A stretch of DNA of 64,000 bases from Amoebophrya sp. A120. Taxonomy: Eukaryota; Protista; Dinoflagellata. The position numbers and the translations under genes are program-made. The stretch is taken from the NCBI GenBank assembly GCA_905178155.1, contig CAJINV010000003.1, positions 5,671,985 through 5,735,984 of the forward strand, written 5' to 3'. The notes below the pieces were generated by a model that was not told where the DNA came from, ran no database searches, and saw only the letters and a program-made list of their open reading frames with translations. Positions 26,544 to 39,700 of the stretch are shown here, in pieces (the first letter of the stretch is position 1; each line of letters opens with the position of its first letter).

Positions 26544-29500
26544 CTAGCCGAAGAGCCCGCCTTGCCGCTTTTTCAGGAGCTGCGATGAGTTCGCGCCCCG
26601 TGCTTCCAATTCCCGTCGCAGGGCTTCGATGCTCTCTTTCAGCACGGCAATTTCCTCTCGTCTCTTCAAACAGCTTTCTTCGATATCTGTGCAATAAGTG
26701 AGTACTAGACGAGTTATTTTCTGATACTTAATCAAACAAATCATAAGGAACTGACATCAACAGAAACAAAGAAGAGAACCGGCAAAAAGAATTCTTTACA
26801 AGTCGATTCGCTGTTGAGACGCTCGATGCGCCGGCCGACCATTTGCTTTCTCACTTCTGCGGACTCACATTTCATTTCGATGTATCGGAAACTGGTCTCC
26901 ATGCTCCGTGTAAAGTGCCTTCTCAGCTGACTTATGTCTAGCACAGAGGCCGGGTTTTGTGGTCGCGTTTGGATAACCTGTAGAGAAAACATTAGCGGCA
27001 CGTGCGAAATCATATACTTAGCATAAAACCGACGCAGTTCATCATGACAGATCTTCATGCTTCGCGACGTACAAAGTTCCTCGACCAAAACGACTGCACA
27101 CCAGAGCAGGAACTGAATGCCATCCTGCCCAGGAGGTCGATACGAGAAAACGAGAACGAAGCAGTACCAGAGTCAGCAGATCAACAAACTACCGCTTTCA
27201 TAAAAACTCTATATGCGCGTCATGAGTATGATGGGATGGTGATATGCAATTCCAAAATGAAAACCGTGAAAACATCAATCAAGATACGAATCGCAGGAAC
27301 TCGATGAACGAAATCTCCTTGCCCTTTGTGACTTCATCCGTGTCGCCCCCACTGTCCGCGGTTTCATTGTCCTCAGTTTCGAATAGTGCGTCCGCCAGCA
27401 GTGCTAGATGCTTCTATGGAATGCAAAAATGTCTGGGTCTGGAAGATTTCGAGATTTCTCATGCTAGTTTGGCATGACTCTGAACTCTGTATTGCGTGGC
27501 CACGAAGACCTCCTCTTGTCTGTCATGCAAAAACGATGTTTCTCATGCGGAATACGCAACAGAGAGCCACGAGAAAATCTGTCATGGTTGGCGGTGCATT
27601 ACAAGGCGCTTTCTGTTCACTGACATGCATCACAAGTTTCCAGACCCAGACATTTTTGCATTTGATAGCTTCGGCTGCACGCCAATTTCGATCAGATTTT
27701 CCCTGACCACGGAGTCACTCAACATTTCGTCGAACTCCCATCGGGAAATAAAACCCGTCTGTCCACGGCAACAGTGCCGCAGTTGCGCGACTACTTGCTT
27801 CTTCCAACCAGCAGCTACTTTAAAAAAACGTACCGATCCCTCTCTACGCCCTTTTCCAATTTCATGTTCTAAACGTCAAGATAATTTTGTCGATCCTACG
27901 ACAACATCGAGTCGTGATGCGTCGCAAATGGTGCTGGGTACTGTAACTCCTATTTCAGGCACAACTGAGGCACTGTTGCATTTGATACCGAGCCGTCCAC
28001 GTCGATCTCTCGGAAAACTTGCGATAGCTTGTATCCCAGAAAAACACTGTGCGGGTAGTCGTGTGAATCTGTGTAGTTAAATAACACAGCGAGCAGAAGA
28101 ACGCAGACATGCATAGTACATTCACATGCTGATGCAGTAGAGTTGACTTTGTCTCTGTCTCAACGTTCTTCGCGTTTATCAATTTGCGTTCTTTCACATG
28201 CAAAAAGTAACCAGTTCCACTGACGCGCCGCTGTTTTTTCGTCGATAACTGGTCTGCTACGTTGCTGATGACGGCTTTTTCCTTCTCTCCGACGGAAACA
28301 GAACTGACGACCTGCCGAGTTTATCGAGTTTGCCATCGCTTCATGTAGTTCTCGTTGTAGGACGACAATCCTGACGCGGAAGACACAATCACGGGTTTTC
28401 ATCTTCCTGATGTAGCAAAAGGCACAGCAACTAGATTTTATTCACGTAGTTGTACCTCCACGAGCACACCGATAAGCATGTTGAGAATGGTGAAGGAAGA
28501 GATCAGGATGTAGAGGAAGAAAGCGAGCAGGTCCCCACCGCTGCCGCCGTCTTTCATTCTGTACAGCAAGTCAGAAACGTCGTCAATCACAGTCCCCGCG
28601 GAAAACAGCGTATACCTTTGTGCGATTCAATAAGAAGTTGCAGCGCAGATCATGAACCCTTAAGCTACACCGCACAGTACGCTCCCGGAAAGACGACTGC
28701 GTTCTTCGTAGTTTTGAAAAATATCGAACTTACTACAAAGAAAAATGTCCAGTTGGTACGCCGCTTTGGAGATGCTCCCGAAATCGTCAAAGAAGTCGGG
28801 GTTGTTTGACCCGATATTTTGGCGGAAGATAATCGCAAACACGTACAGGGCGATGAATAAAAGGAGCAGCGTGCTTCCGACTGCCTTTGTTGCGGTGGAA
28901 ATACCTGTCGTGATTCCAGAAAACAACATCGAGCCGAATGTACTTTTAGACTTCATCTGAACTACAACCTAGATACATCAACAACAACAGGGATAAGGCT
29001 ACATTCTTTTTTTATATCAAAAACGTGTCGGCGGTAACAAAGTGATGCGAACTTACCCTTGAGAAGGGTCAGCAACTCAGGCACGGACCGCATCAGCCGT
29101 ACCAAACGCGTAAGACGGATCAAACGGAGGAGACGTAAAATCGCGAGGTTTCCCGTGCCGCTCCCGCTACCACCGCCCTCCGGGCCTTGTATGAGGGGCA
29201 TGATCCAGGTCTCCAGGATCATGCAACCTACTAAAAAGCTGTCAAACTTGAACCTGACGTAGTGACATTCTGGATTTTGACAATCAAACAGGAGCGCTTC
29301 AGCCGGGAAAGAGCATAGCACTGGTGGTCCTGACTTTACTACACTCAAGACTAAACACATTACAGGCCGACACACTGCAGTCGCATCTTGATCAATGCAT
29401 AATGAATCAGCCAAGAGTCAGAATCGAAACAATTCATCTTACCAGAAATCATTCAAGCAATTCCTCTTCTTCTCGAACGCGACAAAGCGTATCAATACTT

Positions 29501-30487
29501 CACAAATGGTATCCCCCGAAAAAGACCACCCGTGCAGCATTTCCTATGGTTACTATCCTGCTAGTAGCAGCATGCTCCCTGCGCCGCTGGTCAAATTAGT
29601 TCAGTTCGGTAAACAGTAATTATCAGTATGCCTGTACTATGTGCCAAATAGTGACGGCGCGATGTCAACATGTTTGCGAAGTTGATTGACACACGAGCGG
29701 GAAGAGACGCAGTTGCTAGCGGTAATGCTGCTACGAGCAAGAAAAGAGCGCAGTCTGCAAAAAATATCGCACGGGTGCGGCGGATAGGTGAAATAAAGGC
29801 AGAAAAGGTTCTCCATCACGACGAAGTCAATCTCACTGGCACCCAGAGACTCCGTCGCCTTCCCCGACTCCTGCACATTATTGTCTGTGTCGTATCCCAT
29901 CCACAGACCTGTCGTGTATTGACGTTTGATTCAACGACTCCACCTCTATGTCGATCAATTCACATCAAAAATTCAAAAATTTTGGTTCATCTCGTTCTCA
30001 CAAAATAAAGACGCAAAGATTAAATACCATTGAAGACGATGACCGCGAGTGTAAAAAATTCGAAGGTTTGATTTCTGGCAATCATGGCGGAGTAGGATTC
30101 CGTTTCTGACTTGAAGTAGTCACCGCTGTTGTCGGCTGGAGTGCATTGATCAAAGTTGCAAACATTTGGTTCCTCGACACGGAGATCGAGATCCATGTAT
30201 GTGAGACAGAAGGAAAACACAGAGCACACTCATCTTCAGAAAACACTAAAAATAGGCGCTCGTCTAGTACTGTCGCCCATAAGATCAGCAAATCCGGCGT
30301 CATTTTTCAGCTGCTCCTCAATGTCGACCTTCTCGAGGGCCTTTATGTCGGTAAACAGAGCTCCTGGTGGCTTATCTCCCGGTGCCGGACTTGCCGCCTG
30401 CTGGGTCGTCGCGTCGGCCGCCCCCTCCGCACGGTAGCCCCCTCCGCGGACCTCGGGCCGCGGGCTATCTGGCGTTACCTTCGACAT
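26544..30487 (-). CDS. Single-domain (6TM) voltage-gated cation channel with EF-hand-like and coiled-coil C-terminus
   Basis: S1 FEFFTLAVIVFNGLWMG; S2 ENLFCLYFT-EVLIRF; S3 WFKFDSFLV; S4 LRLLRLIRLTRLVRLMR; S5 LLLLFIALYVFAIIF; pore FGSISKAAYTLFSAGTVIDD; S6 YILISSFTILNMLIGVLVEVV; later TGFISRWEF and EISFIEFL. Confidence 0.9.
27415..27667. mobile_element. Introner-like TIR element, family A
   Basis: TATGGAATGCAAAAATGTCTGGGTCTGGA ... TCCAGACCCAGACATTTTTGCATTTGATA; perfect GCTTC/GCTTC flanks. Removal gives EIGVQPK-HLALLADALF. Confidence 0.92.
29510..29786. mobile_element. Introner-like element (distinct family) in the channel S2 exon
   Basis: Left TATCCCCCG..CACCCGTGC vs reverse complement of right end TATCCGCCGCACCCGTGC; direct repeat eroded. 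Removal gives LYFT-CEVLIRF. Confidence 0.65.
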
Positions 30488-31269
30488 GATACTTACTGGG
30501 GACGAGCTACAAGAACAAGTATTGGCGCCACTTCTAGATCCGGCTCGCACACACTCTCGTCCTGCAGGTCCCGAAGTACTGCCTCTGCCGAAACCGATCG
30601 AGAAAGGCAGGCAAGTTGCTGGGGCAGGAGCCTCAGTTCTAGCAGTACCAGACGCTCAACATATTCTTCCAAACCGGATCTGCGCAAGACCTCGTCCCGC
30701 TGGACGCGTCTGTGCAGCCGCAGATCTACACTAGTTTTTGTTCGAATTTTTGTTTTGGGTTAGTGAAAATTCGCATCCGAGGATTTTATCGATCCCTCGC
30801 CCCGGAAGTGGAGCTTTTTCAAAATAATGCAGTTTTCAGAAGCGTTTTTTTGCTCTAGAACGCTCGCTCAGGCAGCAACCTCTTCTCACAAAGAAATGCA
30901 ATTTGTATGTGGCATCAAAGTAGTCGCTCATCATTTTATTTTCTCGAATCCATCAAAGAAGCTTTCCAACATTATTTCTCTTCACTCCTATCCTACCCTC
31001 TGCTCACGAGAGGCTCTCCCGTTTGTCTTACCGCTGTTATGCATATCGGGAATCATCACATTTACTGGCATACGAGTAGGAGAACGCTTTTCAACCTACA
31101 AATCAGCAGAGTACTACTTCTAGCCGAGAGTCGCCTGCACGTAAGTATCTCGAGCATCATATGAAAAAGCGAAACTTTTCCGGACAAATGCTTTCTGCAA
31201 ATAGATCATCGCGACTAGTACTTATAGCGCACTTCGATCTAGCCTCCAACGGGCAAACGCATGAAAAGG

Positions 31270-33581
31270 TCACGCGGCCGTGGAAAAGAGCGTGTCCGCT
31301 CGTCCTGTTTCACGCAGCACGTGCTTGTACTCAGACAGGAGTTGGTGGTAGCGCAAACCAACTTCGTGAAAGGTACTCGCCATGAGCTGCTGCTCCTGTT
31401 GCCACTGCTTCCGCTCGGATTCCAGTTGATCGCGTGCTATGGGAGATAAAAGCGCCGGCGCTCTCTGACAAGCCATTCTCCCTGCCAACCAAAAGGTACA
31501 AACAGCGACAATTCAAAATGGAGAGAAGTGAGTTCGCATCCTTACGCCCGAGAGATGAAAACAGTGTACTCACAGAGATGCTGTGCTGTTCTTGCTGGGG
31601 ATCTACCCAGAAACAGCATCCATGCAGAACAACAGAAGGGTTCTGACGAGAGAGGTAGAAGAGTCAGACAACTGAATGCTTTTAGTCTTCTTTCATACGC
31701 AGCAGGTCCAGCGCATCCGCGTGCTCCACGAGTGATACGGTCGTCCCAGCCGCACCCTCCTTATCCTGCGCGTTACCCTCCTTGTCCTGCAGGAGTTTCT
31801 CGAACTTCGCAACTCTCTGCTCATACTCGCGGTTCTGGTCTTGGGTTTTCGCCAGCGCCGAAGACAAATCGGCGGCGTCACCCATGGCCTTCAGTGCCTT
31901 CTCCCGTTCCGTCACGCTCTGATTGTAGGCGTCCATCAGCTTTTTCTGCAATTCGGCATTCTTGTCCTGCAGCGCTGTTATGTTCGGGTCCTCGTCTTGC
32001 CCGGCTCTGGTCCCCTCCTTCTTCTCGAGCAGCTGCTGTTCGTTTTCCAGCAGTTGCGCCTTGACGCTCTCAAGGGCCTGCTTCAGCGCTGCGACCTGCG
32101 CTCGGTAGCGTTTCAGCTGGTCCCGCAACGCCTCTTGCTGGAGACTCTCGTCGTTACTACTACTTTCCCCAGCCTCTCCTTGCCGCAAGCGCGTCACCTT
32201 TATTTTTTTCGACGTTCTCATTGCCGTTTTATCGACCTGAGGAAAAAAAGTGAAAGCACATGATTCGTCGGTAATGAATAAGGGCGCAATTTTTTTTCCT
32301 AAAAAAGTTCATGTCATAGTAAAAAATAATTCACGACCAGGCTGCACCTCTGTCTCGAGCATTTCCTTCGCGAGTTGATTCTCTCGTAGGTTTTGCTCCA
32401 CGTCTTGTTGCTTTTTCTGTGCGAGAACCAACTTTTCCTCTGCGCGTGCCCGCTCCACTTCGGCCCGCTTTACTTGTTCCCGCAACTTTTCCACGTCGGC
32501 CCGTAGCTGCTGCGCGATGCCGTCCGAACGTCCTGGGTTTTTTTATGTGACGAGAATACGACTTCTTGAAAAAACCTGCGCGGCTCGAAAGCGCGAAAAT
32601 GCTGCTGACCGGAACACAGGCATGAGATCCATTAATAGCACACAGTAGTAAAGAAAACAAAAATCTCAACGCACCCCCGGCGGCGGTGTCCTTCGTGGAT
32701 TCGTAGAGCAGCCGCATTTCCTCAAACCTCTCGCGCCAATCCTCGCTGTCACTCTGCTGCTTCTTAAGCGCCTCGTACTTCTTCTGCACCTTTTGCAGTT
32801 CCTCCACCCGCGCGCGCAGCAGGTCGCACTCGTCCCGCAGCGTGGTCACCTGCGACTGCAGCTCCTGCTCGCGGTCCTGCGCTCGCGTTTTGTCCCGTTC
32901 ACGCTCGGACGCGTGTTCCACCGCTACTTCGTGAAGCGCGTCGTCGCGCTCGCGCTCGGTGCGTCGCAGGTCGGTGCGGGCCTGCTCCAGTTGCCTCTGC
33001 AGCTGCTCGCAGCGCTCCTCCAGCACTTGGCGCTGCCGCTGCTCGCTAGAAGTAGCGGCACCACTGCTGCTCGAGGAGGAACCACCTTGCTGGAGCCGAG
33101 GCGCCGCCCTGGTCCCCCCGGGGTCCTCCCCGTCCAAAACGTATGTGCCGGGCGCGGACGCGGCGGCCGCCTGCTGTTGCTCGACGCCCTCGTGCATCTT
33201 CTGGATCAGCTGCATTATGACGCGCTGCGTGCTCGAGGAGAGCTTCATGATGCGGGCAATGAAGGTGTTCTTTTCGCTGCACTCCACCGCCACCAGCAGG
33301 ACGAAGCCCAGCAGCTGCAACAGCGCGGCTTCCGTTGGCTTTTCGAAGCCGCGCAGGTCGCTGGCGCGGAAGAGCCGCCGTCGAGGCTCATCTCCTAGTG
33401 CGTCGGCGATCGCACGGTTGGCGTCTGCAAAGTCTTTCACGGGCCGCGGACACCCGGTCACCTTCGCCACCACCTGCCGCACGACTCCCCCGTCCACGAG
33501 TTCGCTGAACTGCCGAACGCTACCCAGCCCCAGATCATTGATCCATTCCACCAACGCAGCTTTCTCAGCCACCTGTGCCAT
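31270..33581 (-). CDS. HOOK: HOOK-family coiled-coil microtubule/dynein cargo adaptor
   Basis: N-terminal HOOK/CH-like domain (ALVEWIN...ELVDGG...LLGFVLLVAVECSEKNTFIARIMKLSSSTQRVIMQLIQ), long coiled coil, C-terminal EQQLMASTFHEVGL motif. Confidence 0.85.
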
Positions 33582-34329
33582 GATTTGAGAAAGGATGTTG
33601 TGAAAACTCAAATTATAATCAACTGGGTGAGCTCTGCGGTATATGGAAATTTTCAAGCTTGGTTAGTCTTAGTTTTCTTTTCATGCACTACTACTGCGAG
33701 CAGGAGGTCGCTCATCTAATTTCTTATCTGGTACTATCGAAAGCTAGTTACATATTGCGGACGTTCTCGACGCTTCAGCCGATCTCAGGCGTTGCGGGTT
33801 TTTACCCAGAAAAATGAGGCTTGTTCCAGCCGTAGTACAACTTTCTTGACTAAGACAGATCTTTCCTTGTCAGATTCTTCTGATGCCATCAAGACGACAA
33901 GAACGATCGAAGATGAAACTCAAGCTTCACGAAAAGGTAGTAGATCTTTTCGTACAAACAGGAAGACGACCAAAGTGCAAACGACAAAAAAACGATACTT
34001 GACTTGACTAAGCATTCTGAACAGCGGAGGCTATGGACCGGAGTCCTGCAAGGTCGGTGAACAACTGCGCGCTCAAGAATCGAGGAGTGAGACTTCGCCT
34101 TCCGAAGTACTGCTTTGGCGAAGACAGGACCTCCCGCTGACGTGGCCGTGATTTGAGGTAAAGCTTGAAACACACAGCGAGCGCCTTCATAAAGAACAAA
34201 GGAGCAAGAGTTTTGAAGTTTCATTGGTTGTAACACATCCTCTTTCGAAAGAAACGAGACCAAAGGGAAACAAATTTGCAATTGCAGTTTATTCAGAAAC
34301 CACTTGTCATCCGACACGAAACGTCATTT

Positions 34330-35921
34330 TTACTCCATGCCTTCCATGGCAACAGCCTCGACCTTTCCCCGTCGCCACTGTTGGTAGAAGTCCTTCAGTT
34401 TTTGCTCTGTCTCGCCGGGCTTGCCCTCCGCTAGGCCCTTGCCGTACAGTGGAAAGTATACCCCTTTCCGGATGTCCAGAATGCAGGCCTCCGCCTTGCC
34501 CGCCTCCTGCGGCACCTTGCAGAGCGCGCGGACCTGGGGGGAGGCCCCGCCCGGCATCACGGCGCAGTAGACCGGCAGCGTGCCGAGGGTGTCGGTCGAC
34601 GACCCCCGCGCTGCCTCCTCCGTGCGAATGAACTCCGACAGCCCCACGAGGGAGCCGGCCAGCCTCTTCTTGCTCTCCGGGTCCTGGACCGACTCCAGAA
34701 ACAAGCAGAAACAGGGCTCCAGGTTGATCTCCTGTCCCGGCGCCGCCAGGTTCTTGACCGGCTGCGCCGCGTCGCGGGCCCGGCGCTCCACCTGGTGCAG
34801 CATGACACCTCGGCGCTCCGCCTCGCCGCGGCTGGGCTTCTGCACGTATCGTGTGTAGTCCGCGTCGTGCGTGTAGCTGAGACAGAGCGGGTCCGGGTCC
34901 CCGGTGCCGCGGCGCGCGCGGTCCTGCCGAAACTGGTCCGACACCCGGTACTTGGCGTTCAGCGACCACAGCAAGCAGTATGAGAGTGCACAACTTTTCT
35001 CCCCCTCATTTGTAGTGCATGAACAGCAATACAAGTGCTGGTAAAAGTGCAGCTTTTGCATGACAAATCCACACAGGATTGTTGTAGTGCTGTTTGGGCT
35101 GCCAGATGAACCTGTCCTGTAAACAGTGCCAAGAGGGAAACAATAACAAAGCCTGGAATTGGCTTTTTACATGACAAAGGAGGGGAATGCGAAATCGTGC
35201 AGTCTCATAAGAAGTTGACGCGCTCGCCCGAGGCAATGTCGTCGGCCCCGTGGCGGTGGCGGCCGAGGTGAAGTATCGCGCGGCCCTTCAGGTGCTCGTA
35301 GGTGAAGCCCTCCTTCCGGTGTTCGGGGGCGTCAATCAGATGGCAGAAGGATAGTGTCGCCCCCGTGAACTCCTTGCCCAGGCACACGTTCAAGGTCACG
35401 TCACTGTCGTCCTCGTGCATGTCGAGGCCGCTGTCGCTGTCCGCGCTGTACCGCACGCAGAAGCAGTGGTGGTCGTCGAACCCCTCCGCCTCGACGGGGA
35501 ACACCTCCTTCGCCAGCGGGTGCACGTAGTGCGTCTGCAGGTAGGAGGCGAAGGGCTCCAGCCCGAGCTGGTTCAGCACGATGCCGTACCGGTTCATGCC
35601 GTTGGGCCGGTCCAGGTACCCGTCCAGGCTGCCCTCGTCCCGGTCGTCCGCGTTGGCCAGCTTGGTGGCGTGGTCGATCTCCGCCACCAGCTGGTCGCAA
35701 AGGGCGGGCGAGAAGCAGGGGAAGGAGTACACACCCGGCATGTGCTGCTGCAGGAACGGGGCGGCGAAGTTCTTCGTCTTCACCGCCTCCACAAACGCCG
35801 GGTCCAGCCACTCACTGTCGAACTTCTCCGAGAACTTCCCGCTCTCAAACAGCGGCGCCTGCTTCCCCCCGTACACGCCCTGCTTGTACAGGTCCCCGAA
35901 GAAAAACCTGCGCGTGCCCAT
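34330..35921 (-). CDS. 2-oxoglutarate/Fe(II)-dependent oxygenase (OGFOD2/PLOD-like)
   Basis: RPNGMNRYG, FCVRY, LDMHEDDSDVTLNVCLGKEFTGATL, GRAILHLGRHRHGA, GERVNFLLW (HxD...H...R motif); two exons split by the element at 34979-35209. Confidence 0.9.
34979..35209. mobile_element. Introner-like TIR element (distinct family)
   Basis: Left TATGAGAGTGCAC..TCCCCCTCATTTGT vs reverse complement of right end TATGAGACTGCAC..TCCCCTCCTTTGT; flanks AGCAG/AGAAG. Removal gives GERVNF-LLWSLN. Confidence 0.88.
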
Positions 35922-36745
35922 CCTTCGAGATTTACGGTACGATAATTTTTACACTTTGACACAAATTATAACGGGAGCACTAGTAGCAGCGAAAAGCGTG
36001 CTTGAGAACTCTAGAAGATGAAAGCAGCATATACGTACTTGCGTGCCTCATCTCGAGGCTTTGAAATTTTCTTCGAAGATGGGAAATGCCTCCGTAAGGG
36101 GTAGGATATGGAATTGAATAGCCGGGGTACATGCTGAACAGAACGAAAAACTATTCTGCAGCTGGGTCGTGGTGCCTGGGGTTTAATTCCTGCTATGTGA
36201 AAAAAATGAAATAGCCGGGGTTTGTAAACGAAACCAGATTCAACGCCCCGTGGCCTCTGAAGTGCGTCCCCGTACAAAACCAGTCGCTAACACTTAGCTC
36301 ACAACTAAGTACAAAACACCCTCAGAAACACTCTGAACAAGCCCAACAAGAGATCTCACATGAGTTTTCGTGGCCCAGATTGATTCATGATTTCAAAAAA
36401 TTTTACATACAGTTGCTCCAGTACATGTACAACCAACCTCCGTGCGAAAATCCCCCGCCAAGCTTGTTCGCGAATGAAAAACTCTACGTCATGTCCGGCT
36501 TTCTGAACATATGCCGACGGGGCGCTCCTTCTTTTAGCAAAGTAATCAGCAAAGTAAGTACTCAAATAAGTGGTGTTTGTACTGTTTGAAATTTCGGGTT
36601 TTTAATAAAGTATCTCGCGTTCTTGCGTCAGACGCAATAAAATTTTTAACTTCCAACTCACTAAGTTCTGATGTACAAGTAAACTTTACAGCAGCTGCTG
36701 CCCCAACCAAAAGTTCCCAGAGAACTACCTGTCCTTTCATCCCAG

Positions 36746-39700
36746 TTACGTTCCGCGATCCGCGCTCAGCAATTTCTCGTGCCGGAACGGCAGGAATTCG
36801 TGCCCGTCGGCGCGGTAGAATTTGGACTGGAACTCGACCCAGTGGAGACGCAGCGTGTGCATGAAACACTCCATCACGTCCATGCCAAGGAAAATGGCTA
36901 CCGTGACCAGCATGAAGCTGAAAAAGCTCACGTAAATCTTCACCGCTTTTATCAAGATAAAATTGTCCGCCGCGAGGCTGCTTGCGAACAACATCTTGAA
37001 GAAGACCACGCTCAGCTGTTGGTGCGCCAGCGACAACGCCCAGAGACGGAGGTAGGACGCCGTGTGCGACACGCTCCCTGTCGTGGTGGAGTGTTCCGTT
37101 CGGAGGATTGAAATGCAGGAACATATATGAAATCATTGATTTCCATGCAACAACACAAGCGGCGATGAAGGAATATGATTTGAATGCGTCAAGAAATGTT
37201 TCTTCGGCAACAAGGACAAAAAAAAACGCGAAGTACCGAGCACGAATTCGATCGTTTCGATGATTTGGTGGATGCAGGTTTCGCCGAAGTCGAATTTGGG
37301 CTCCTTCTCCGGCTCGTAGGCGACGGCGGAGGATTCCGAGAGTGGCATGAAGCTTTGGCCGGCCCGGTGCTGGTTCGTGCGGTGCTTGGCGAGCGCCCAC
37401 AGGATCAGCGGTTTGGGTATCAGCAAAAGCGGCACGGAGACGAGCATGCACTGGAAGAGGAACCACTGGGTCTCCTTCGCGTGTTCGTACAGTGGCAGCT
37501 TGTTCTCCGTCTGCATCACCATGCAGATCAGCGTGTTGATGATGCTGGGCGGGTCGCGCATGGGCGTCACCCACTTGTAGAGAATCATGTAGTCCATGTA
37601 GCCAAAAAAGGCCACCATGAACATCATCATGGGCACAAACTCGAAGCAGAAGTCGATCCGGTTGCGCTCAAAAATCACGTTCGACAAGCGGAGAAACAAG
37701 CCGAGAATCATGTGCGCCACCCCGAGTAGCACGGAGATCTTCATTTTCATGCTATTCATGAAATTCAGCTCGTTCTGCGCCCCCTTCCAAGCGGGGTCCA
37801 CGCCAAAGGGGTAGGGGCCCTGGTGGTCTGCTACGTACTGCCGACCCTGCTCGCCCTCGACCATGGTCTGCCCTCGGTTCTTAGGATCAAAGTTCGGAAC
37901 CCAATACCTGGATTGGTGCTGAAAAATGTTTCGACCCCTGTTCCCAGATGCGGTGTGGGAGGTTTCGCAAAAAACAGTATCACAAATGATCAAACTGATG
38001 TCTTGACTGAAATAGTACTGTGTTCGATCACTTTCGTGCCCGGGATTTCTCCATCTCGACCCTAGCAAATTCACACCGAGTGAGAAAAAGTCGTTGTAAA
38101 GCAACCCCGCGTACACTGCAAAAAAACCCATCATGACGAGCTGTGTATTTTTTGAATTTCATCACAATATGCACGAAAAAAAAACAAAGGGCCTCCAGCA
38201 TTCACAATCACGATGCTGCAGATGCAGTGGATGCCAATGGACCTCATTTGTGATGAGAAACAAAGAACATACGTACTTCTTCTTACCATGTAGCGGAAGT
38301 CCCAGATCGCTGGGTACTGGAACTTAATCAAGTGCTCGTGCTGCGTGATTCCGATCCCTATTGCGAAGAGCATGAGCCTATCAACTGTAAAAATGTCTGG
38401 GTCTGGAAGAATGCAAGTTTGTCATGCTTGTCTGGCATGACCTGAGAATCTGTGTTGCATAGGCACGAAAAGGCCCTCTTACCTGTCACGCAAAAGCGCA
38501 GTTTGCCATGCGGAATACCTAAGACATGGGAGCCAAAAAATTTGTCATGCGTAGCTGCGTATTGCAGTCCGTCTACCATTCACTTTTAGCATCACAAGTT
38601 TCCAGACCCAGACATTTTTGCATTTGATAGAGCCCGTGCCCGATGTCCCCAAACATAACGCCGAAGAGAAACGGGAAGGTCACCGCGGAAAACAAGACTG
38701 GCGTCATTTCCTGATATCTGGGCACACCGTAGGTGTTCACCATAGTTTGAAACGGGGACAGAAATGCATTCGTCTTAAAGTATGTCGGCGGCCCGGATTT
38801 TTGCTCGCCCCCATGATGTCCGCCCACCGAGAAACTGGAACCTAGAAAGTTGCATGAACGCAGCTGCGTTGTAGTGAAGTGCCGCTGCCTCGTGCGGTAA
38901 GCGGGTAAAACATCATCGCCTAAAGAACGAACGTCTTCCCGCTATCTAGCGTCTTCTTATTTTCAACTTTGCTGTATAACAACAAAACTCTTCCCTTTCT
39001 GCCTGCAACACTTTATGAATTTCCCAATACGGTCGGTGATGAGCATTGCAGAGCAGTGCGTGGTCCGCGATTCGGCTATCAAAACGCGGCGAACGTAATC
39101 TTCTTCGTAGGCGGGATACCACACCTGTGCCCGCAACGTCGTCCCTTCCCCCTCGCACATATCCAGTACCGCGTAGATGCCTGCATAGATTGAATCGAAA
39201 CAATAGGTCGTACTACCTACTACCATCGGTGCTCCACAACGCGCCTTCAACCACGCGTGAGTAATGAGTACTACACTGATAACGACAAAATGAGAAAGCT
39301 CCTCGTCCAAGCAGTATCATTTTTAAGTACCTTTCTCCTTCAACAGGAACAGGCGCCAGTCCTCCAGCAGGCTGTTGTAGCTGCCGGACTGGCGCTCCAG
39401 AATGTGCAGCAGCTCGTCGCGGAGTAGGCGCTCGCTGGCCATGAGTGCGCGCTCCTTCTCCGAGGCCTCGACGGTCACACTGCGCAGCTTTTCGCGGGCT
39501 TGCTGCGCCGTGGTGACCCAGGGGTAGGTGTTGGCGCCAAACTGGTTGCACGCCCTCAAAATCCGGGCGTGCATGGCGGAGCTGGAGTTCCCCTGGTAGT
39601 AGATCACGAACACGCTCTTCTGGCAGTCCTCCCCGGTCTTCGGATCCGTCAGGGGCTCTGTGATCTGCCGGAAGTGCGTGAAGGCGTTGCCGCGCGTGGA

